A stretch of DNA of 64,000 nucleotides from a virus (taxonomy: Duplodnaviria; Caudoviricetes): the IMG/VR virus record IMGVR_UViG_3300037067_002168, positions 1 to 64,000 of that record; one strand, given 5' to 3'. How positions within the stretch are numbered: the first letter of the stretch is position 1; the number at the start of each line of letters is the position of its first letter. A program made the translations under genes and the position numbers. Below the pieces are notes generated by a model. That model made no database searches and was not told the origin of the DNA. It saw nothing but the letters and a program-made list of their open reading frames with translations. Positions 56,177-64,000 of this stretch are shown piece by piece.

Positions 56177-56461
56177 GTGAGTAAAGTTACTGATGCTGCA
56201 AAGGTGGTTACTAAACCACTGGCAAAGTTGGTCGGCCCCAGTCAATGCAAGGCCGCACGCGATTTGATCATCTTGTCTGTCAAAGGTCCGGTCGGCGCTG
56301 GCGGTCTTGGATGGCAGTCGGTTGAAGACTTCAAGTCTGCCGTAGCTGACAACCGACGGTTCAAGAAGATTGATCCTGATACGATGGCCTTGATCATGGA
56401 GATGGTGCTAGCCATTATGGAAGCGATGATGGAGAACAAGAGCAAGAATGCAACGGCGTAG
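56177..56461 (+). CDS. hypothetical protein
   Basis: AGGAGG RBS, GTG start. Confidence 0.65.
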   Translation: MSKVTDAAKVVTKPLAKLVGPSQCKAARDLIILSVKGPVGAGGLGWQSVEDFKSAVADNRRFKKIDPDTMALIMEMVLAIMEAMMENKSKNATA

Positions 56462-56602
56462 TTGCATTGTTTAAGACGGCTCTTGTTGTTCAGTGAAGCA
56501 ACGGCAGTTTGGACCAGGCCCACACACGATTAGTACCTGTACGTCTACTGCCGTTGCTTCTTTTTGTATGCTTGTACAATTTGTAAGATTGAGGAGCAAA
56601 GA

Positions 56603-56968
56603 ATGAATCGGTTAGTAATTTTGGTCATCGCGTTTATTCTGTTGATTACGTCGTCTGTATTCGCCCAGGGTCGTCGTCCTTCGGTCGTCGTGTCCGTCAA
56701 TCCAACCGTCGTACAATCCGGTGAACCCGCCGCGTTGCGCTGGGAGTCATCTAATGCTACATCGGTAACTGTAGGCACTAACGGTCGATTCTACACGTAT
56801 AGAGACCCGTTGCGAGTACCATTGACTGGCTCGATGATCGTCAAACCGACACTGACGACGACTTATTACGTCATCGCCAGAAAACGTCTGGCTGACTTGA
56901 ATGACAATGGACGATCTGACGGCATTCGTCGATCAACTCGTGCGTCTGTTACAGTACAAGTTAAGTAG
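56603..56968 (+). CDS. exported Ig-like beta protein
   Basis: Signal peptide; G....L.W.S.NA..V...G...V.P..TT.Y motif. Confidence 0.65.
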   Translation: MNRLVILVIAFILLITSSVFAQGRRPSVVVSVNPTVVQSGEPAALRWESSNATSVTVGTNGRFYTYRDPLRVPLTGSMIVKPTLTTTYYVIARKRLADLNDNGRSDGIRRSTRASVTVQVK

Positions 56969-57031
56969 CTAATAAACAGACTTGCTATCTACTGGTAATT
57001 GTAAGTTACATTTAACCACAGGAGACTTGAA

Positions 57032-58714
57032 ATGAGACGGTTGATTGCACTTAGCATTACGGCAGTTTTGCTGCTTTCTATCGGGATGGGAGCTGCTCCC
57101 CGATGGCCCTGGAGCGTAAAAGGTACTCTGACGGTCGATCCACCTTCGATCAAATTGGGAGAGAAATCTGTACTGACCTGGGATTGCAGTAAGGCGGCAA
57201 GGTCAGTAGATTTAGACGGGGAAGAAGTGGCCCTTTCTGGCTCCAGGGAGGTGACTCCGACTGAGACTACCAATTACACTCTTACGATTCGAGGTAAGCG
57301 TCTATCTATGGCTACAATGGCTACGGTGACGGTAATAGACGGTGTTCCTGATCCTGTACCGCCAGAACCTAGTCCCGATCCTCAGCCAGATCCAGAACCG
57401 CCGGCACCTACTCCCACACCTGATCCTGTTGATGGATTTTCTCTGTCGGCCGTCGGATTCGGTTCTGCCTTTGACGTAGATAGCACTCTCAGCGCGGCAG
57501 CTCGTGACAAAGACATTGGTGAGTTGCTTAGAAGTCAGAATGGTACTTGGCTCGTTCTTACGGATGAAGTGATGGCCGTATCGCATCCCAAGGTGTTCGA
57601 TGACTGGGTTACTCTATTTAACGCCAGCGGTAAGAAGAAACCTGCCGTACTATTCCATGATCAAGGCAAGGTACTCAGTATTGAGGAAGTGGCTGGTAAG
57701 ACAAAGTTAGACATCTTAAATCTGGCCAAGTCAGTAATTCCAGTATCCAAAGATTGTGTGACGATCCACGGTAGAATCTACCGATTGGGATTGAAGCCAG
57801 AACCGTTGAATGCTGAAAAATCGGCACTCAGTGTGACTAAGATACTCAATCCAATCGGCGAAAAAGAATGCCCGTTTGTCGATCTGTCATCTCAGGTACG
57901 ATTCATCAAAGATCAAGTCAGTGGTACCTGCGTCTTAAACTCTTTCGCCGGTGCTTGTGAAGCGGCAGTATATACGGCTTACGGCGCAGAAAATTGCCGA
58001 GAGTTTTCCCCCAGTTTCCTTGCTAATCTAACGGATGGTTGGAATGGCACTTGGGGATCTGAAGCGGCGAAGATGGTTCAAAAGTATGGTAATCTGTTCA
58101 TGGATGAGATGGGCCCATCGCAGACGCGGTATCCTAGTAATTGGAAGAATATTGCTGAAAAGAATCAGGTATTAGCCCTCTATGGTCCACCAGATAGCAA
58201 CCCGCCAGGATATATCCGAGCTGCGTTGAACCGAGGGTATATCGTCTGCGCTGGTATCGCCGTCGGATCTGGATTCGACGTAGACTCTTCTGGATTCATA
58301 GGTACTTGGGGTATGGGCCGATCGATCAACCATGAGATTCGCGTGGTAGGCTACAACCCAGAAAATGGCCGATACAAGATAGCCAACTCTTGGGGAATCG
58401 ATTGGGGTAACAAGGGATTTGCCTGGCTCGACGGTAAGTTCTTCAGCGAAGATACGGACCTTTGGGTCATCGTAGCTATAGAAGCTAATCCTGGCTACAA
58501 GTTTTACGCTCCATTGAATCCTTCTGCAACTCAATCGAAGCAAGTTCTACAAGTGCCAGTTGAGGCAGTGATCAAGGCAAGTAAGGAGTTAAACCTATCT
58601 TCAAATGCGCCTATTGTAGCGCCGCGTAAGAATAATAATATGACTCGTAAGACTGGCACCAATTGCGCAAGTGGCAGTTGTTCTATAAAAAGTAAGCCCC
58701 GTAAGATTCGATAG
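57032..58714 (+). CDS. secreted papain-like (C1) cysteine peptidase with Ig-like domain and Pro-rich linker
   Basis: DQ..GTC, NHEIRVVGY, IANSWG..WG..G. Confidence 0.85.
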   Translation: MRRLIALSITAVLLLSIGMGAAPRWPWSVKGTLTVDPPSIKLGEKSVLTWDCSKAARSVDLDGEEVALSGSREVTPTETTNYTLTIRGKRLSMATMATVTVIDGVPDPVPPEPSPDPQPDPEPPAPTPTPDPVDGFSLSAVGFGSAFDVDSTLSAAARDKDIGELLRSQNGTWLVLTDEVMAVSHPKVFDDWVTLFNASGKKKPAVLFHDQGKVLSIEEVAGKTKLDILNLAKSVIPVSKDCVTIHGRIYRLGLKPEPLNAEKSALSVTKILNPIGEKECPFVDLSSQVRFIKDQVSGTCVLNSFAGACEAAVYTAYGAENCREFSPSFLANLTDGWNGTWGSEAAKMVQKYGNLFMDEMGPSQTRYPSNWKNIAEKNQVLALYGPPDSNPPGYIRAALNRGYIVCAGIAVGSGFDVDSSGFIGTWGMGRSINHEIRVVGYNPENGRYKIANSWGIDWGNKGFAWLDGKFFSEDTDLWVIVAIEANPGYKFYAPLNPSATQSKQVLQVPVEAVIKASKELNLSSNAPIVAPRKNNNMTRKTGTNCASGSCSIKSKPRKIR

Positions 58715-58770
58715 GTAACAACTGAGTTGCTTATGGTAATTAACTAGTTTAGTAAAGATAGTAAAACCCG

Positions 58771-59181
58771 GTGAGAAGCAGCATGGCTGAAAAAGAAAAT
58801 GAATCTAAATTAGTTAGTAATGGTTATCCGCCAGAATGCCCTTGGTGGTTGAAGATGGCTATCTGGAGTCTACAGAAGTTTGGGATTGCTACAGTTATCT
58901 TGCTTATTGGCGGTTGGTGGACAGCGACGCGGATTGCCGACCCATTGGTACAGCAGTATACGACAAATATCGAGCTTCAAGGGCAGGTGTCTAAGCAGCA
59001 AGCAGAAACTCTAGCTAGTCTTGATAGGGTTTTACGTGAACGATCAAGTCTATTCGTGCAAATGGCTATCGAACATCGCGCGATGCTAGATTCAATGGAA
59101 CAGGCAAAAAATGAACACCGTATGATGTTAGATAATCACATTAAAATTATGGAAAAGTTATCGAAAGGGTCAGGAGGATAA
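58771..59181 (+). CDS. membrane protein with coiled coil (holin/spanin-like?)
   Basis: One hydrophobic segment followed by a helical region. Confidence 0.5.
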   Translation: MRSSMAEKENESKLVSNGYPPECPWWLKMAIWSLQKFGIATVILLIGGWWTATRIADPLVQQYTTNIELQGQVSKQQAETLASLDRVLRERSSLFVQMAIEHRAMLDSMEQAKNEHRMMLDNHIKIMEKLSKGSGG

Positions 59182-59184
59182 CCC

Positions 59185-62100
59185 ATGACCCAACTTGTCC
59201 CCGACGGCTGCTGGAATTGGATCAACGAACCCATTGCCATCTATTCGGCGGCAATGAATAGCTGGTTCATGGGCTGGATTGACTCGACGGGTCGGGTGTT
59301 CATCGGCCAGTATTCGCCGAGCAGTCAGGCGTGGCATGTCGCCAGTCTATATAACGGCGGCCTCTTGGAATACGACGACCACGACGATCCGGCCGTACTG
59401 CCGTTGTTCTCGGGAAAAGTATTGGCCGCCTACAGCCAACATGCCGGTTACTCCTACTGTCAGACGACGACGAGCGTCAACTCGATCTCTGCATGGGGGC
59501 CGATCGTCGTAATGAACAACACGGCCGGCAACGGGGACAGCTACTGGCAATTAGGCCAGACCCACGACACAAACAACACGATTTGGGCTGTCTCTCGGCG
59601 TACAACAGTGGCGGATGGTCTGCGGTGGATGCTTCGCACTTCGACGGACGATGGCGCAACGTGGACAACGCCGTTTGCCTTGTACAAATCGGAGGAATTT
59701 CCATACCTCAAGCAAATACAAACAGGCAACCGCTTTGACTTCGTAGTCAGTAACGACCACCCAAAGCATGTTCTCACCACGAACAATCTGTACCACTTCT
59801 ATCAGATTGTGAAGGCCGACGGGAGCGGATTCGCCATCTACGACTCGGCGGGAACGCAGATTGGGACATATACCAGTGCGGGCGTGAAGCTCGCAGGAGC
59901 CGATCTGCCGTTGACGCCGGCGGCATTAGGCGCAGCGTCGATCGTGTGGGACGACGGGAATAGTTGGATGTGGGACATCCTGCCAGTAAATGGCGTGTTG
60001 ACGATTGCGTTCACAACATACGTTGACGTGACGGACCCGCTAGATACCCATTCTTTTCATCGAGCACAACTGATTAACGGCGTTTGGAATACAGAGTTGA
60101 TTCACGATGGGGCCACCGATTACGTGCCGAATTGGTTGTCGCCTGACCCTGATACGCTTTGCCCCGAATATACGCCGGGATTCTGTTTGGACCCAAACGT
60201 TACTGACCGCGTTTATCTGGCCCGAAAGCACGCCGTTGACGACGCACGTCTTGAGCAGTGGGATAAGGTTGATGGTACGTGGGCAATGACTGCCGACATC
60301 AGCGGGACGACGGGCGTTCTCAATGCGAGACCTTATGCCGTTCGAGGACTCTCGCCCACGCAGATTGTCTGGTGGGCTGGAAGCTATCCCTACTACAACA
60401 GCTACGACACTGCAATATACACGATGCGGACAACGCCGTTATTGCCAACCACCAAGCCGGCAATCGTGGATTTTCAGCGATCACTTACACCGCATGGTGC
60501 AAAGCTGATTGTTCCGCTAACCGAAGGGTCGGGGACAACGATTGGCGAAGCTACTCGGGCATACCAACCAGTGATGGTCGGGGAGCTGACGTGGGCAGAT
60601 GGTGCGATAGGAAAAGAGTTGTCGGGGTGGAGCACGTCGAAATATATCACGATGGACGATGCGGCCGTGGACTTCAATGCCGCCGCGTACCCGAAATGGA
60701 TTTATTTCCTCTACCACAACACGTCCACGGCGGCGCAGGCGTATCCTGTTTCAATTGGTCGCTCGACAACATCGACGCCCACGATAGCAATCGGCGTCAA
60801 CGTGCCCAGTGCGGGCCACGCTTACTTCATTGCTCGGGACGACGCGGGCAACGCCATGACTTTGGATGCCACCATTGCCACGCTGAACGACGGGAATCTG
60901 CATTCACTGATGCTCTTGCTGACCTCCGCCAGTCGCATGGACGCCTATTTTGATGGCAAGTTTGTCGGATTCGAAAATGCCCCGACAATCGGGACGACCA
61001 CGATTAACCAAGGCACTATCGGAGCGCATCGCAGGGACACTGTGGCATACCCGTGCTTGGGCTCGATTGGTTTCGTTGCACTCGGCTGGGGTGCGATTAC
61101 AAATCCGGCCGTGCTGCACCACGACGTCATCAGCGGTCAGGTGGCCTGCTTGCGAAAGCCCGCGATTGTCTCGCCCGTTGCGGCTGTCGGGGACGTGAAG
61201 AGCGGCGTGGATCGTGGTGACGGCAGTCTCGGAACGTATCCGACAACTGAAACGAGTCAGGCCGCACAGCTTGCTACCGATCAAGCGGCCGTAACTGCCG
61301 CGTCCGACCATATCGACGGCGACACAACAATCATTGGCGTGGAGGGAACTGGCATGACCACGGATACACTGCGGACCGCGTTGGGGCTGACGGGTGACGA
61401 AAGCGTTTCGACGCTAACCAGGCAAGACTTCCAGGGCGTAAAAGGAACAATCTGGCACGTCTCTACCGCTGGCAACGACTCCAATGACGGCCTATCGTGG
61501 GCAACGGCCAAGCTGACGCCCAAGACGGTTATCGAGGCAGCCGCGGCAGGCGACTTGGTTCTATGCGATGGACATTTCACGGTCGGGTCCAATTCGATCA
61601 ACACGCCGGACGGCGTTTCGGTTCGCGGGTCAGGGCGCAGTACCACAACATTCACGTTTACGCGAGCCGACTCCGACCCTGCGGCGTTTCGGTCGCCAAG
61701 CAACGGGCGGCTATCCGACTTCCGCACGGTCCTGACAGGAACAACCGGCTACGCATTCGGCGGCATTGTATCCCGAGGGCAGTCTATTTTCACGAACAGC
61801 ACACTCGAAAAAGTGAGCCATAGCGGCGGCAATACGGTAATCATGCTATGGGTGAACGGTGGAAGTATAACCGTCCGCAATCTTGACGTATCTGGATGTC
61901 TTTCGGGTTTTGCGAGCGACGTACTCGGGACCACGATGCAGATTTCCGATTCGCAATTCAATGTGACCTCAAGCCTTTCCCAGGTGCGTGGAACCCTGTA
62001 CCTGTCGAATTGCGAATGCACGGCCGTTTCCGCTGCCTCTGCCGACATTCGCGGCCTCAGCGGCTCTAACGGCTCGACCATTCGCGCTAATAATTGTCGC

Positions 62101-63375
62101 ATTCGCACCAAGACAGCGGCGGGCAATAGTGCTTACGACGTCTACAACGAGGGCACAGCCACGATCGTCTTGGACGGTTGCGACTACGACCGGACCAAGA
62201 CTTATGGCACGTACACGGATGTAGGACGTGTTGCCACCAACGCAAGCGGCAAAGCGACTGCCACACTCGATTGGTCGGCCGACGTGACCAACAAGCCGAC
62301 GATCGGAACCAGCACCCTCGTTTTACAGGATATTCCCGACGCCCTGAAACTCGCCCCGTCGGCCGGAGACCCGGCAACCGGAAGCCTCAACAAGCATGTT
62401 AACGACATTCTCGCCGACACCAACGAGCTGCAAACCAATCAGGGCAACTGGTTGACGGCAACTGGATTTGCAACGCCAACCAACATTACGGCTGGAACCA
62501 TTACGACGGTCACGAATCTGACCAACGCTCCCACGGTAGGCGACCTGACAGATACGATGAAAACCAGCGTAGCAACAGCCGTTGATGCCTCGACCTTTGC
62601 CGGAAAGTTCGCCGGCGTCACGCTCTTTGTAAAATTGATTCGCGGTTTGTTCCGTAAAGACGCAATGGACGCAACGGCCAAGAGTGAAGTGAATCTTGGT
62701 GGTGGCACATTCAATGAAGCAACGGACAGCATGGAGGCAATCCGCGATCGAGGTGACGTAGCCTATTTGACTGCCACTGGGTTTGCAACGCCTACAAACA
62801 TTACGGCCGGGACTATTACTACTGTAACGAATCTGACTAATGCCCCGACAACCGGGGATTTGACGGATACAATGAAAATGAGCGTTACAACGGCTGTGGA
62901 TGCTTCAACACTCGCAGGAAAGTTTGCCGGTATTACACTGGTTGCTAAATGGCTACGTGGGTTGTTTCGTAAAGACGTGATGGATTCAACTGCAAAGACT
63001 GAGATCAATATCGGTGGTGGAACATTTAATGAGACGACGGATAGCAACGAGGCGATGCGGGACAGGGGCGATGCAGCCTATCTGACCGCTACCGGATTCT
63101 CGACGTTCAATCCGGCGACACAAGAAGTAACGCCTACTGCCGCAAGCAAAACAGGCTATTCCCTCTCTTCTTCTGGTCTGGACGACATCGCTGACGTAGA
63201 ACCCACTGCAAAACCGACTAATTTCATCGGTTGGGTACGCTGGTTGATCCAACGGCACCGAAGGGCAAGCATGACTTCTACTGCGCTGATAGTAAAGAGT
63301 GAATCTGGAGAAACAATCACGACGCAATCCCTCAGTGACGATGGTACTACGCAGGAGGTAGGACCGCCAGTATGA
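59185..63375 (+). CDS. large virion/tail-fibre-like protein (BNR-like propeller, LamG-like, beta-helix, repeats)
   Basis: STDDGATW Asp-box; LamG-like segment; VST.G.D.N.G.SW; 105-aa repeats. Confidence 0.7.
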   Translation: MTQLVPDGCWNWINEPIAIYSAAMNSWFMGWIDSTGRVFIGQYSPSSQAWHVASLYNGGLLEYDDHDDPAVLPLFSGKVLAAYSQHAGYSYCQTTTSVNSISAWGPIVVMNNTAGNGDSYWQLGQTHDTNNTIWAVSRRTTVADGLRWMLRTSTDDGATWTTPFALYKSEEFPYLKQIQTGNRFDFVVSNDHPKHVLTTNNLYHFYQIVKADGSGFAIYDSAGTQIGTYTSAGVKLAGADLPLTPAALGAASIVWDDGNSWMWDILPVNGVLTIAFTTYVDVTDPLDTHSFHRAQLINGVWNTELIHDGATDYVPNWLSPDPDTLCPEYTPGFCLDPNVTDRVYLARKHAVDDARLEQWDKVDGTWAMTADISGTTGVLNARPYAVRGLSPTQIVWWAGSYPYYNSYDTAIYTMRTTPLLPTTKPAIVDFQRSLTPHGAKLIVPLTEGSGTTIGEATRAYQPVMVGELTWADGAIGKELSGWSTSKYITMDDAAVDFNAAAYPKWIYFLYHNTSTAAQAYPVSIGRSTTSTPTIAIGVNVPSAGHAYFIARDDAGNAMTLDATIATLNDGNLHSLMLLLTSASRMDAYFDGKFVGFENAPTIGTTTINQGTIGAHRRDTVAYPCLGSIGFVALGWGAITNPAVLHHDVISGQVACLRKPAIVSPVAAVGDVKSGVDRGDGSLGTYPTTETSQAAQLATDQAAVTAASDHIDGDTTIIGVEGTGMTTDTLRTALGLTGDESVSTLTRQDFQGVKGTIWHVSTAGNDSNDGLSWATAKLTPKTVIEAAAAGDLVLCDGHFTVGSNSINTPDGVSVRGSGRSTTTFTFTRADSDPAAFRSPSNGRLSDFRTVLTGTTGYAFGGIVSRGQSIFTNSTLEKVSHSGGNTVIMLWVNGGSITVRNLDVSGCLSGFASDVLGTTMQISDSQFNVTSSLSQVRGTLYLSNCECTAVSAASADIRGLSGSNGSTIRANNCRIRTKTAAGNSAYDVYNEGTATIVLDGCDYDRTKTYGTYTDVGRVATNASGKATATLDWSADVTNKPTIGTSTLVLQDIPDALKLAPSAGDPATGSLNKHVNDILADTNELQTNQGNWLTATGFATPTNITAGTITTVTNLTNAPTVGDLTDTMKTSVATAVDASTFAGKFAGVTLFVKLIRGLFRKDAMDATAKSEVNLGGGTFNEATDSMEAIRDRGDVAYLTATGFATPTNITAGTITTVTNLTNAPTTGDLTDTMKMSVTTAVDASTLAGKFAGITLVAKWLRGLFRKDVMDSTAKTEINIGGGTFNETTDSNEAMRDRGDAAYLTATGFSTFNPATQEVTPTAASKTGYSLSSSGLDDIADVEPTAKPTNFIGWVRWLIQRHRRASMTSTALIVKSESGETITTQSLSDDGTTQEVGPPV
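62452..63096 (+). repeat. 315-bp coding tandem duplication (two units plus a partial third)
   Basis: LTATGF recurs at 62452, 62767 and 63082. Confidence 0.9.
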
Positions 63376-63596
63376 GACTATTCGGAGAAGTAACCGGCGA
63401 AATTAGCTATCGTGACGCTGCGATGTGGTTGTATCCGCCGTTTGACCCGACGTTTAGAAAAATCAGGTATCCTTCCAGTAAAATAGCGGTAAAAGTTGGA
63501 CCTGCTGACGCTTCTGTATCTACAGCGGAGTTTACAAAAACGGTATCCAGCGGATTATCTGGTGTGGTATCAGTACCAGTTGTTGATTGGAATTAA
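63372..63596 (+). CDS. hypothetical protein
   Basis: Coupled ORF. Confidence 0.5.
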   Translation: MRLFGEVTGEISYRDAAMWLYPPFDPTFRKIRYPSSKIAVKVGPADASVSTAEFTKTVSSGLSGVVSVPVVDWN

Positions 63597-63597
63597 C

Positions 63598-63933
63598 ATG
63601 GCCTTGATCCTAGCATATAAGAACCGTAGACTGGCCAGGGACATCACGATTTTAGATGCCGACGGAATCACGATAACTCCCGGATCGACTGACCGAGTGC
63701 GTATAAGTATTGGTAGGGAAGGTGAGACTGCACTATTGACCGTAGACAGTCAATCTCCTACGGCAAACGGTAGCAGTTTGACAAAGGGTGCGGCAAACCG
63801 TCTTATCTTAGACGCAGATGATCTAGGATTTACTCCAGGTACCTACACGATGCTCGTAGATTACTACGATGCAGACGACGGGCCAGAGTGGAAAACCGTA
63901 TCCCGTCAATGCTTTGTGCTGGAGAATACTTGA
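63598..63933 (+). CDS. hypothetical structural (Ig-like/BppU-like) protein
   Basis: G...L.L...D....PG.Y motif. Confidence 0.55.
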   Translation: MALILAYKNRRLARDITILDADGITITPGSTDRVRISIGREGETALLTVDSQSPTANGSSLTKGAANRLILDADDLGFTPGTYTMLVDYYDADDGPEWKTVSRQCFVLENT

Positions 63934-64000
63934 TGAATACTATAGTAAGTATCTCAGAATTGCTGCTTGAACTTGGTTTGTCTTCTTCAGTTACAGACGA

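Noticed and set aside
1-64000. tRNA/rRNA genes, integrase, IS elements
   Set aside because: I saw no cloverleaf or T-loop pattern and no recombinase or transposase motifs by eye; tRNAscan was not run.

Overview
This 64-kb window looks like one continuous segment of a large dsDNA tailed-phage genome. I found no integrase, host housekeeping genes, tRNA or canonical CRISPR array. The host is probably a Planctomycete, inferred from a DUF1559 prepilin-like gene. Layout from left to right: (i) glycan-modification genes (GT-like, SAM methyltransferases, cupin; 0.6-1.8 kb and 5.7-13.2 kb) around a minus-strand block of small accessory genes; (ii) RuvC-like resolvase, then an early/middle block (14.8-50 kb) driven by conserved sigma70-type promoters, encoding UvrD helicase, UDG, PD-(D/E)XK nuclease, AAA ATPase, CsrA, SSB-like protein, DNA MTase, PolA and primase-helicase; (iii) a thymidine-hypermodification cluster (hmU synthase with an HNH intein, aGPT-Pplase1 kinase, two P-loop kinases, radical SAM, amino acid:DNA transferase, PLP enzyme); (iv) UDP-glucose dehydrogenase, terminase subunits, protease/membrane genes and a 1396-aa tail-like protein. 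Top finding: a Cas7/RAMP-like gene followed by a non-coding, punctuated array of GGA-NN pentamers (four units) and a partner gene, in a cassette bounded by 41-bp direct repeats. This is a candidate RNA-guided system. Two intergenic self-cleaving ribozyme candidates were also found: a type II hammerhead and a P5-type twister. All family assignments come from motif recognition by eye; no database searches were run.
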